Shown one piece after another: positions 1 to 7,951 of a stretch of 32,000 nucleotides of DNA (its first letter is position 1; the number at the start of each line of letters is the position of its first letter). Made by a program: the position numbers and the translations under genes. The stretch comes from Parasynechococcus marenigrum WH 8102 (GTDB lineage Bacteria > Cyanobacteriota > Cyanobacteriia > PCC-6307 > Cyanobiaceae): NCBI RefSeq assembly GCF_000195975.1, contig NC_005070.1, positions 270,001 through 302,000 on the forward strand. Direction: 5' to 3'. The notes below the pieces were generated by a model that saw only the letters and a list, made by a program, of their open reading frames with translations, did not search any database and was not told where the DNA came from.

Positions 1-1173
1 TTGCCGCATGGGGCCTGGCATACCGATGGTGCGGCGCTGCCACAGCAGCCCAGCGTGCAGGGCGGCACGTGGGTGCAGCTGCCCGAGCAGCGCGGGATCT
101 GTTCTGTGGCGCTGAGCGATGGTCCTGTGGACAGCGGGGAGATCGCGCCCAGGCATCCGGTCAGCGTGGTGCAGGTGTCGCCAGAGATCTGGCGTGTCAG
201 CAATGGCTTAGTGGAGTTTGAGTGCTCCCCTGTAGGGCTGTTGCAGCTGCGGGATGCTCAGGGGGTTGATCAGCTTTCGGCACCTTTGTGCCCCTGCCGT
301 TACCGGGACCGGGGTGAGTTCTGGGATGCCTGGGACATCGCTGCGGAGTACCGGAGGCATCCGCTGGAGCTGGAGCCCGTCGGATCTGTTCAGCTGCTCG
401 AGTCCGGTCCGCTGGTGGCCCAGCTCGTGGTGACCTATCGGGTGGGTGCCAGCCGGATGCGCCTGGATCTGCGCCTCAAAGCGGATTGCCCCTGGTTGGA
501 GCTGATCGTGTCTGTGGACTGGTGTCAGCGCCATGAGCTGCTGCGGTTGGACATCCCCCTCGCATCAGCGGCGGTGCGTCTTGCGGCAGATACCAGTGGC
601 GGGGTGATCGAACGGCCGGCGCATCCCCAGACGCCCCGTGAACAAGAGCGATGGGAAGTGCCGGCGATCTCCTGGCTGGCCTCTCAGGCCAAGGCTCCCG
701 GCGGGGGCATTGCGGTTCTCTTGGATGGTCCGCAGGGGGTGGATGGGGCCACGGATCGATTGGGTGTTTCGCTGCTGCGTGGTGCCACCTGGCCGGATCC
801 ATCGGCGGATCAGGGTCAGCAGCGGATGCGATTGGCGCTGATGCCGTTTCAAGGCAGCTGGGCCCATGCAGCGGTGCCCCAGGCAGCCATCGCCTTTCGC
901 GAACCTGGCTGGCACGGACCGATCGCGGCAGGACAGCACCAGACATCGATGGGGACACGTTGCTGGTTGCCAGCGATTCCACGCTGGCTGTGTCCGATCG
1001 CTCTGCGCCCAGACGCCAACGGTGTGGTGCTGCAGCTGCTCAATCCCGGGGCTTCCCGGTGCCGCTGGCAGCCTGGAGCAGGCTGGAAAGTGGGACGATC
1101 GGTCGCCGCTGACGACTGGATCGAACTGGCACCAGGGGAACTGGTTGAGCTGCGGTTGGCTCAGTCCTCGTGA
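1..1173 (+). CDS. C-terminal part of a glycoside hydrolase family 38 (alpha-mannosidase-like) protein; the 5' end lies outside the window
   Basis: Track ORF is open from base 1 to TGA at 1171..1173. The translation ([41 protein letters not shown]) resembles the C-terminal domain of GH38 alpha-mannosidase/MngB-type enzymes as I recall them. Codon usage is GC3-rich. No search was run. Confidence 0.6.
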   Translation: MPHGAWHTDGAALPQQPSVQGGTWVQLPEQRGICSVALSDGPVDSGEIAPRHPVSVVQVSPEIWRVSNGLVEFECSPVGLLQLRDAQGVDQLSAPLCPCRYRDRGEFWDAWDIAAEYRRHPLELEPVGSVQLLESGPLVAQLVVTYRVGASRMRLDLRLKADCPWLELIVSVDWCQRHELLRLDIPLASAAVRLAADTSGGVIERPAHPQTPREQERWEVPAISWLASQAKAPGGGIAVLLDGPQGVDGATDRLGVSLLRGATWPDPSADQGQQRMRLALMPFQGSWAHAAVPQAAIAFREPGWHGPIAAGQHQTSMGTRCWLPAIPRWLCPIALRPDANGVVLQLLNPGASRCRWQPGAGWKVGRSVAADDWIELAPGELVELRLAQSS

Positions 1174-1301
1174 TCGTCGAAGGGATCATCCAGCGCCTTG
1201 GAGGGCGGACCGAAAGCCTGGTACACACCGAAACCGGTCATGCCGAGCAGAACGGCGAGCACTCCGATGGCAACGGAGAGGGCAGGGGACGACGTTTCCA
1301 T
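1161..1301 (-). CDS. psbN: Photosystem II protein PsbN (46 aa)
   Basis: Not in the track (<60 aa). Minus-strand ATG at 1301..1299 to TGA at 1163..1161 gives [46 protein letters not shown]. It has one TM helix plus the acidic DPF..H.D tail typical of PsbN. It is divergent from psbH, as in cyanobacteria and plastids. Confidence 0.85.
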   Translation of the reverse strand: METSSPALSVAIGVLAVLLGMTGFGVYQAFGPPSKALDDPFDDHED

Positions 1302-1387
1302 CACATCTCTCGACAGGACCGACCCCGAAACGGAATCGGCCCCTACAGTATCTAGACTTCAATTCACCCGAGACCCAAAGCGTCGCC

Positions 1388-1588
1388 ATGGCTCAGCGCA
1401 CCCGTCTGGGAGACCTTCTCCGCCCTCTGAACTCCGAGTACGGCAAGGTCGTTCCCGGCTGGGGAACAACGCCCGTGATGGGCATCTTCATGGTCTTGTT
1501 TCTCGTGTTCCTATTGGTAATTCTTCAGCTGTACAACAAGTCGCTGATCCTGGAAGGCATCAACGTCAACTGGAACGGTCTGGGTTGA
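1388..1588 (+). CDS. psbH: Photosystem II phosphoprotein PsbH (66 aa)
   Basis: Internal ATG of track ORF 866..1588. [50 protein letters not shown] matches the conserved PsbH core and its single TM helix. Confidence 0.95.
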   Translation: MAQRTRLGDLLRPLNSEYGKVVPGWGTTPVMGIFMVLFLVFLLVILQLYNKSLILEGINVNWNGLG

Positions 1589-1595
1589 TCGATCA

Positions 1596-1829
1596 ATGAA
1601 TGTTTTCGGCGTCGGCCTCCCCGAAATGGCGGTGATCGGCGCCGTTGCATTACTTGTGTTCGGTCCCAAGCGTTTGCCTGAGCTTGGCCGAACACTTGGA
1701 AAAACACTGAAGGGCTTTCAATCGGCCTCGAAGGAATTCGAGCGGGAAATCAACAAAGCCATGGCAGAGCCGGAACAGCTGCCTTCTTCTGATGTGGAAG
1801 CATCCAACGCGAAACCTTCCAACGACTGA
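1596..1829 (+). CDS. tatA: Sec-independent (Tat) translocase subunit TatA/E
   Basis: MNVFGVGLPEMAVIGAVALLVFGPKRLPELGRTLGKTLKGF is the TatA TM helix plus amphipathic helix signature. It starts 7 nt after the psbH stop. Confidence 0.9.
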   Translation: MNVFGVGLPEMAVIGAVALLVFGPKRLPELGRTLGKTLKGFQSASKEFEREINKAMAEPEQLPSSDVEASNAKPSND

Positions 1830-1835
1830 CTCTTG

Positions 1836-2447
1836 ATGGCCGATGTGCTCCGGCTGGTGGTCGGCCTGGGCAATCCAGGCACGAAGTATGAGGGAACCCG
1901 TCACAACATCGGCTTCATGGCATTGGAGCAGATGGCATCACGCGAGGGGTTCAGTTTTCGTCAGCAGAGCAAGTTGCATGGCTTGGTGGCGGAGCACGGC
2001 ATCGGTGAAAGCCGACTGAGGCTGCTCATGCCGCAGACCTACATGAACGACAGCGGTCGGTCCATCCGCGCAGCGCTCGACTGGTTTGGCTTCACGCCGG
2101 AACAACTGCTGGTTCTGGTGGATGACATGGACATCCCCCTGGGGCGTCTGCGGTTGCGGGGCCAGGGCAGTGCTGGAGGCCATAACGGTTTGCGGAGCAC
2201 AATTCAGCACCTGGGCACTCAGGCCTTTCCGCGCTTGCGCATCGGCATTGGTGCTCCTGCTGACAATCCCGCGGAACGGCGGGCGCGCACCGTGTCCCAC
2301 GTGCTCGGTTCCTTCAGTCGTGCGGAGCAGCCTGAGGTGGATGTCGTGCTGGACGGTGTGTTGGAGGCCATCCAGCGCATTCAGCGCCAGGGTCTGGACC
2401 GCGCCGGCAACTGGATCAACGGCTTCTGTCCGGCTTCAGTGGAATGA
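1836..2447 (+). CDS. pth: Peptidyl-tRNA hydrolase
   Basis: LVVGLGNPGTKYEGTRHNIGFM and GGHNGLRS motifs are present. ATG is at 1836; the track start at 1833 is a TTG one codon upstream. Confidence 0.95.
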   Translation: MADVLRLVVGLGNPGTKYEGTRHNIGFMALEQMASREGFSFRQQSKLHGLVAEHGIGESRLRLLMPQTYMNDSGRSIRAALDWFGFTPEQLLVLVDDMDIPLGRLRLRGQGSAGGHNGLRSTIQHLGTQAFPRLRIGIGAPADNPAERRARTVSHVLGSFSRAEQPEVDVVLDGVLEAIQRIQRQGLDRAGNWINGFCPASVE

Positions 2448-2701
2448 CAGCGCTTCCCGCCACGACAGCCCACCTCAGGGTTCTGCGGCAGTGCTTCAGT
2501 GATCAGTGCGTTGAGGGTGAGGTCTCGGCAGGCGGTTTCGAGTGGACCTTTCACTGGGCTTTCGACTGCGGTGAGCTCACGGTTGAGCCGTCCCTGGGTC
2601 GAGCCCTGATTCAGGACGCGTTGCTGCGCTTTCTGGTGCGCGCCGACTATCGATTGGAGCCCGGCGGGGATTACACCTTCACGGTGCGGGCACGCTTTTG
2701 A
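2444..2701 (+). CDS. Small conserved hypothetical protein (I recall this cyanobacterial family as DUF3146; unverified)
   Basis: 85-aa ORF whose ATG overlaps the pth stop (ATGA at 2444..2447). Codon usage looks coding. No recognisable catalytic motif. Confidence 0.55.
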   Translation: MTALPATTAHLRVLRQCFSDQCVEGEVSAGGFEWTFHWAFDCGELTVEPSLGRALIQDALLRFLVRADYRLEPGGDYTFTVRARF

Positions 2702-3119
2702 AGGCCGGTCGCGACTGAGGCCACTGGCACTGATGGCCGAGGTGATCCTCGACCATCACCAGAGCTGCCACCGCATCCAACTCACCAGGGGGAAGCCGCA
2801 GGCCCCGCGGCAGCATTTGCCTCCATCCCTTGGCGGGCCAGAGCTGCCAGTAGCGATCCCGGGCGCGAAGGGTTGTTCCCCTTTCCTCAACGATTTCGAC
2901 CGAGGCCAGTCGTTGCAATGCTGGATTCCATTGTTCCGAGCTGGTGCCGTTCCCCAACAGGATCAACCGCAGCTCCCCCTGGTTAGACCAGGTCTTCAGC
3001 TGACTGATGACGCGCGATGGGGGCAGCACGACACCATCGAGGACCAGGCGCTGATCAGGATCCACCAACACCAGGCCGCACTTGGCACGACCGGGGTCGA
3101 GTCCCACCAGATGGCTCAT
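2679..3119 (-). CDS. YqgF/RuvX-like (RNase H-fold, Holliday-junction-resolvase-like) protein
   Basis: N-terminal MSHLVGLDPGRAKCGLVLVD resembles the G(I/L)D.G..R.G motif of YqgF-family nucleases. The start overlaps the stop of the upstream gene (ATGA at 3116..3119). Confidence 0.5.
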   Translation of the reverse strand: MSHLVGLDPGRAKCGLVLVDPDQRLVLDGVVLPPSRVISQLKTWSNQGELRLILLGNGTSSEQWNPALQRLASVEIVEERGTTLRARDRYWQLWPAKGWRQMLPRGLRLPPGELDAVAALVMVEDHLGHQCQWPQSRPAFKSVPAP

Positions 3120-4270
3120 GGCTTCAGGATCACGCTCACAGCGACAGGATCCGCTGTGTCGCTGCTGCGGACAGCGATCACCTGCAGGTCGAGCGGTTCG
3201 TTGTCGGTTCGATCCACCAGCGCCAGGCCCAGCTCGTTCAGTGCGCTGCCATCGAACTGCAGTCCTTCACTGAGCGAACCGCGGCGTTGAACTTCTGCAA
3301 AGGCTGAGGCCAGCAGCAGGTTGAGCCGGGTCCTGACCGCCTCTGATCCGCGTTCGTCCGGCTCGATGGTGGTGGTGGCCAGCACCTCGTCGACGCGGGT
3401 GATGGTTCGGTTCGGCTTCACATCCGGGTAGGCATACACCACGGACTCACCCCGCAGCACATTGCCCGCCGATCGCATCGACACGACCCAGGTGCCGGAT
3501 TGACGCAGGGTTTGTTGCAGCCGTTCCACATCCCCTCGGGGGACCAGAAGGATCTGACGATCCGGGGTTTCCCCTGGTCTGACCCTGACGTAGGCGGTTT
3601 GGTTGGCTTCCTGCAGCAACCGATCCACCACCTGCTTGGCCTGCCCCGGTTGCTCCAGCCTCACCGTGGCAGTGGCCAGGGCCTGGCCACTGCGCAGCAC
3701 GACGGATCCACGGCGCAAGGCCAGCAGGTCCTGCTCCAGGGACGAGAGCTCCTTTTCCCCAGCCTTGATCCGGTCGCGCACACTGCGCAATTCAGCTTCC
3801 GTGCGCTGGATATCGACGTCCCTGGCCTGGATCTCGGCGGTCAGTCGGTTCCGTTCCTGCTCCAGTTGACGCTTCTGCTGTTGCAGTGGTTCCAGCTCTC
3901 GGCGCAGGGTTGCGGACCTTTGCCGGGTGGCAATTAATTCCGCCTCGATCCGCTCCGTCGCTGACCGAGCCTCGCGCCGCTCCGTTTCGGCCGCATCAAG
4001 GGCCGCCCGGCTGTCCCGGAGTTTGGCCTGGAGGGCATCGAGCTCAAACAGTCCAACCCGAAGCTGGCGGCTCACAAGGAGCAGGAGACCCAAGGACAGG
4101 GCACTGATCAGGCTGCCGGTGAGCACTGTGATCAACACAGCGGTGCGTCGCGGCCTCAGATTGAACAGGCTGAGCCGTGCTTTTCCCACGCGACTGCCCA
4201 GCCGATCCCCCAGGGTCGACAGCACACCACCGAGGATGAGCAAAGCCAGGATCAGCAGCCAGCCGCTCAT
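3116..4270 (-). CDS. Membrane-anchored coiled-coil protein (architecture I recall as cyanobacterial DUF3084)
   Basis: Two N-terminal hydrophobic helices (WLLILALLILGGVL; AVLITVLTGSLISALSLGLLLLV) are followed by a long heptad-rich segment (ELDALQAKLRDSRAALDAAETERREA..., LEQERNRLTAEIQARD...). Confidence 0.65.
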   Translation of the reverse strand: MSGWLLILALLILGGVLSTLGDRLGSRVGKARLSLFNLRPRRTAVLITVLTGSLISALSLGLLLLVSRQLRVGLFELDALQAKLRDSRAALDAAETERREARSATERIEAELIATRQRSATLRRELEPLQQQKRQLEQERNRLTAEIQARDVDIQRTEAELRSVRDRIKAGEKELSSLEQDLLALRRGSVVLRSGQALATATVRLEQPGQAKQVVDRLLQEANQTAYVRVRPGETPDRQILLVPRGDVERLQQTLRQSGTWVVSMRSAGNVLRGESVVYAYPDVKPNRTITRVDEVLATTTIEPDERGSEAVRTRLNLLLASAFAEVQRRGSLSEGLQFDGSALNELGLALVDRTDNEPLDLQVIAVRSSDTADPVAVSVILKP

Positions 4271-4297
4271 CAGAACCCCATCGCACGGGGGGTGAAC

Positions 4298-5011
4298 TCA
4301 GCTGAACCGCTTGGCCAGGGCGATGGGATCCAACACCGTGATCTTCTTGCGGTCAATCTGAACGAGTCCGGATTGGCGCAAGTCTCCCAGCAGACGGGTG
4401 ATGGTGACGCGTGTGGAGCCGATCGCTTCGGCAATGGCTTGATGAGACAGGCGCAGATCAATCGTGATGCCGAGTTCATCGGGCACGCCGAAATCCCTGC
4501 ACAGCACGAGCAGAAAACTCACCAATCGGGACGACATATCGCGGTGGGTGAGGGTTTCGATCATCGTTTCCGTCTGCAGGATCCGACTGGAGAGGCCCTG
4601 CAGAAGACGCAGGCCGACACCGGTGTCCGCCTCGATGGCAGCACGCACGGAGGCGGCCGGTGCGGTCACCATTTCCACCCGCGTGAAGGCAACAGCGTGA
4701 TAGAAGCGGTCGGATCGGTGTCCGGTGAGCAGTGACAGCACGCCGAACAGGCTGTTTTCCCGCAGCAGCGCCACGGTGATCTCTTCGCCTGATTCGTACA
4801 CCCTGGACAGGCGCACGGCTCCGCGACGGATCAAATACACCCTTTCGGCCGGATCCCCCGGGAAGAAAATCGTCTTGTTGCGTTCCACCAACTCGGTGCT
4901 GGCTCCATCCAGATCACGGATGACATCCAGAAGGGTGCGGCTTCGTTCGGCTGCACCCGCAACCTGCGGTTGCTGGGGGGAATAGCGACTGAAACCACTG
5001 CTGGCCACCAT
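4298..5011 (-). CDS. ntcA: Global nitrogen regulator NtcA (CRP/FNR family)
   Basis: [41 protein letters not shown] and the C-terminal [29 protein letters not shown] are characteristic of cyanobacterial NtcA. Confidence 0.95.
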   Translation of the reverse strand: MVASSGFSRYSPQQPQVAGAAERSRTLLDVIRDLDGASTELVERNKTIFFPGDPAERVYLIRRGAVRLSRVYESGEEITVALLRENSLFGVLSLLTGHRSDRFYHAVAFTRVEMVTAPAASVRAAIEADTGVGLRLLQGLSSRILQTETMIETLTHRDMSSRLVSFLLVLCRDFGVPDELGITIDLRLSHQAIAEAIGSTRVTITRLLGDLRQSGLVQIDRKKITVLDPIALAKRFS

Positions 5012-5032
5012 GGTTTCCTCGCAACTGCTGGG

Positions 5033-5074
5033 AAATTACGAATGTGCCCTGACGAGCCGTGTAGTAGTTATTAC
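5033..5074 (-). promoter_or_regulatory. NtcA-type (class II) promoter for ntcA: GTA-N8-TAC box, N22 spacer, TAN3T -10
   Basis: Minus strand reads GTAATAACTACTAC (5074..5061), then exactly 22 nt, then TAATTT (5038..5033), then 21 nt to the ntcA ATG at 5011. Confidence 0.6.
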
Positions 5075-5820
5075 GAAATCGCTGAACCGGCGGCTGTGGC
5101 CAGGGCGTGACGCTGACCTTGCATCAGCTCCTGAAGTCCCGATTCAGCCAGGTTGAGCATGGCATCGAGTTCGGAGCGGCTGAAGGGTGCTTGCTCTGCC
5201 GTCCCTTGCAGTTCCAGCAGGCGGCCATCTCCGGCGGTGACCACATTGAGGTCCACGTCGGCACGGCTGTCTTCGCTGTAGTCGAGATCCAGCAGGGGCG
5301 TCCCATCGATCAACCCCACCGAAACCGCCGCCAGCTGCTGGCGAATCGGATCCTGCGTCAACACACCCTGGGAGCGGAGTAGATCACAGGCCCGGCGCAA
5401 GGCGATCCAGGCGCCGGTGATCGAAGCGGTGCGGGTGCCGGCGTCGGCCTGGATCACATCGCAGTCGATCAGAAGCGTGCGCTCGCCCAGGGCGTCCATG
5501 TCAAGAACAGCCCGGAGACTGCGACCGATCAGGCGTTGGATCTCCTGCGTTCTGCCCGAGAGCTTCATCAACTCTCGCGACTGCCGTTGCGGAGTTGAAC
5601 CGGGAAGCAGTCGATATTCAGCGCTGAGCCAGCCGCAACCGTTCCCCCGGCGCCAGCGGGGGACGTCCTCCTCCAGGGAAACGCTGCACAGCACTGCGGT
5701 TCGGCCCGTACGCACGATGAGGGAGCTGAGGGCGAAGGACATCGGATCCCAGTCCACGGAGAAGGGGCGCAGCTCTGTGGCTCCCCGGCCGTCTGCCCGC
5801 TTGGGCGTGGGTGCAGGCAT
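5071..5820 (-). CDS. rph: Ribonuclease PH
   Basis: Track ORF 5071..5985 trimmed to the ATG at 5820 (249 aa). RADGRGATELRP, GWLSAEYRLLPGSTPQRQSRE and DCDVIQADAGTRTASITGAW match RNase PH signatures. Confidence 0.9.
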   Translation of the reverse strand: MPAPTPKRADGRGATELRPFSVDWDPMSFALSSLIVRTGRTAVLCSVSLEEDVPRWRRGNGCGWLSAEYRLLPGSTPQRQSRELMKLSGRTQEIQRLIGRSLRAVLDMDALGERTLLIDCDVIQADAGTRTASITGAWIALRRACDLLRSQGVLTQDPIRQQLAAVSVGLIDGTPLLDLDYSEDSRADVDLNVVTAGDGRLLELQGTAEQAPFSRSELDAMLNLAESGLQELMQGQRHALATAAGSAIS

Positions 5821-5968
5821 CGGCGCATCACAGCTGTCGTCAAGCCTGACAGGCGATGCCCCGGCTTGATGGAACGTCACACCACGGATGGTGTCTTGAC
5901 CCTTGTGGTGTGGCTTTGCACCGCTACATTCAAGGTCTGCCGGGATCTCCCGGGTGCCTGCAGCCGAG

Positions 5969-6562
5969 ATGACCGCCAGCCTCACCTCAAGCCATCGTTC
6001 CTCGGACTCCGTGGCTCAGGACCACAGGGCTCTGGAGCGGGCTGGTCTCCGCCCATTGGTGCCGGTTCGCCCACCCCTGCAGCTGGTGGAGCCGGAGGGG
6101 CAGCTTCAGGTTCACACCGCGACCTATCGCGGCAGCTTCTCCAGTGTTCTCAGCCAGGCGATGCGCACCGCTGGGCTGGGCAGTCGTGTGCTGATTGCTC
6201 AATTCCTCAAAGGTGGGGTGCATCAGGGACCGCAGGGTTGTGTACGTCTCTGCGGCGGACTCACCTGGCTCCGCCCTGATGTACCGGCTTGTCTCTCTCA
6301 GGCTGATCACCCTGGTGGTGCGGCGGCTGTTGATGCGGTTTGGCAGTCCTGCCGTCGCCATCTGCGTGATGGCGACATCGATCAGCTGGTTCTCGATGAA
6401 GTCGGCCTCGCCGTTGGGTTGGGCTACGTCGAGGAGGGCGCGCTGCTGGATGCCCTCGACCAGCGGCCGCCCGCCATGGATGTGGTGATCACAGGGCCCG
6501 CCATTCCCCCCAGCATCGTGGCCATGGCTGATCAGGTCACTCAATTGCGTCGAGGTTTCTGA
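5969..6562 (+). CDS. CobA/CobO/BtuR-like protein (cob(I)yrinic acid a,c-diamide adenosyltransferase family) with a non-canonical P-loop
   Basis: Track ORF 5903..6562 trimmed to the ATG at 5969. RVLIAQFLKGG, DQLVLDEVG and DVVITG align with the CobA fold as I recall it from Salmonella CobA. The GNGKGKT P-loop position reads ATYRGSF. Confidence 0.65.
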   Translation: MTASLTSSHRSSDSVAQDHRALERAGLRPLVPVRPPLQLVEPEGQLQVHTATYRGSFSSVLSQAMRTAGLGSRVLIAQFLKGGVHQGPQGCVRLCGGLTWLRPDVPACLSQADHPGGAAAVDAVWQSCRRHLRDGDIDQLVLDEVGLAVGLGYVEEGALLDALDQRPPAMDVVITGPAIPPSIVAMADQVTQLRRGF

Positions 6563-7155
6563 TGCTCAAGAACGATCGCTGGATCGCCGAACAGGCCGCG
6601 CAGGGCATGCTCGAGCCCTTCCAGAAGGGCTTGGTCCGTCATCTGGATCCTGAGCAGCAGGCCAGGCCTGTGCTGAGTTTCGGTTGTTCCTCATATGGCT
6701 ATGACCTGCGCCTTTCAGCTCAGGAATTCATGATTTTTCGCCATGTGCCGGGCACGGTGATGAATCCCAAGCGCTTCAACCCCGCCAACCTCGAGCCGAC
6801 GCCGTTGCATGAGGACGAGGACGGTCGTTATTTCATCCTGCCGGCCCATTCCTATGGCCTTGGCGTCGCGCTGGAGAAGATGCGCGTCCCGCCTTACATC
6901 ACGGTGATCTGTCTTGGCAAGAGCACCTATGCCCGTCTGGGCATCATCGTGAACACCACGCCTGCGGAAGCGAGCTGGGAAGGACACCTCACTCTTGAGT
7001 TCAGCAACAGCTCCGGCGCTGACTGCCGTATTTACGCCGAAGAAGGGATCTGTCAGCTGCTGTTCTTCGAGGGGGATCCCTGCGACACCACCTACAGCGA
7101 TCGCCAGGGCAAATATCAACATCAACCGGAGCGCGTCACCCTGGCTCGGATCTAA
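6562..7155 (+). CDS. dcd: dCTP deaminase
   Basis: 197 aa with N-terminal MLKNDRWI, SSYGYDLRL and the C-terminal EGICQLLFFEG block typical of Dcd. The ATG overlaps the upstream stop (TGATG). Confidence 0.9.
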   Translation: MLKNDRWIAEQAAQGMLEPFQKGLVRHLDPEQQARPVLSFGCSSYGYDLRLSAQEFMIFRHVPGTVMNPKRFNPANLEPTPLHEDEDGRYFILPAHSYGLGVALEKMRVPPYITVICLGKSTYARLGIIVNTTPAEASWEGHLTLEFSNSSGADCRIYAEEGICQLLFFEGDPCDTTYSDRQGKYQHQPERVTLARI

Positions 7156-7874
7156 GGGGCCAGCCTGGCGCGGTGAAGCCTGCTTTTCTCATACCAGCCC
7201 GCAAATTCAGGGGCCCAGGACACCATGTGTGGCCACATCAGATCGCAGAGCTGGCGGATTTCCAGCTGCGCGTCGAGCTTGGCCCGCAGATCCATGAAGT
7301 GCAGAAAGGCCCGCAGACTGAAGCTCACCACAAAGTGCTGCCGATAGTCGAAGGGAAGGATCCCCCGGGCGTGCTCTTCAGCGAAGCCTGCTGATAAAAG
7401 GTCGCGATAACGCTCCGCTGAGGCTCGGCAATGGTCGAGGTCCAGGGCCCGCTGGCTTTCGGTGTAGGCGTATTTCTTGCCCTGGCGATCGCTGTAGTCA
7501 CCGACCGGTCGCAGGTAGAACACCTCCTCAAGATCCAGCTCCCCATTGGCAGCGCGGCAGATGCGCTCACCGGTGTATCGCATCGACTGCACATCAAAAC
7601 TGACGCCCACCCGGTGGGTGCGGGCCTGCTGCATCACGGAATGGGGGAACCAACCCACGTTCAGCACGATCTGGGCGTGCTCCATCGGGCCGTAATGACC
7701 GCGTTCCCCAGCCAGCAGGCGTTTGACGCAGATCTCCCCCGCCCGTTGTTCATCGGGCCAGTTCTCACGATCAGCAGCGACGAAGCCCTCGCTGTAGTCC
7801 TGATGCATGGCCGCATACACACAGAGCTGAGGGTTGGGTGTGGCAGCGATCAGATCAACCCGGAAGCGATCCAT
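7152..7874 (-). CDS. thyX: Flavin-dependent thymidylate synthase ThyX
   Basis: 240 aa with the ThyX signature region ARTHRVGVSFDVQSMRY (RHR-x7-S-x-R type). Confidence 0.9.
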   Translation of the reverse strand: MDRFRVDLIAATPNPQLCVYAAMHQDYSEGFVAADRENWPDEQRAGEICVKRLLAGERGHYGPMEHAQIVLNVGWFPHSVMQQARTHRVGVSFDVQSMRYTGERICRAANGELDLEEVFYLRPVGDYSDRQGKKYAYTESQRALDLDHCRASAERYRDLLSAGFAEEHARGILPFDYRQHFVVSFSLRAFLHFMDLRAKLDAQLEIRQLCDLMWPHMVSWAPEFAGWYEKSRLHRARLAP

Positions 7875-7951
7875 GGTGATGTCGACGGCTCGGTGTGGTG
7901 ATCATGCCGCTGATGACGTCAAGCTGCCCGGATGAATCCGCTGCACGGTGA

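Noticed and set aside
5821-5968. Possible cobalamin riboswitch upstream of the cobO-like gene
   Set aside because: The spacer is only 148 nt and is shared with the divergent rph promoter. I could not find a B12-box-like GCCACTG core. The palindromes there are reported as a low-interest finding instead.
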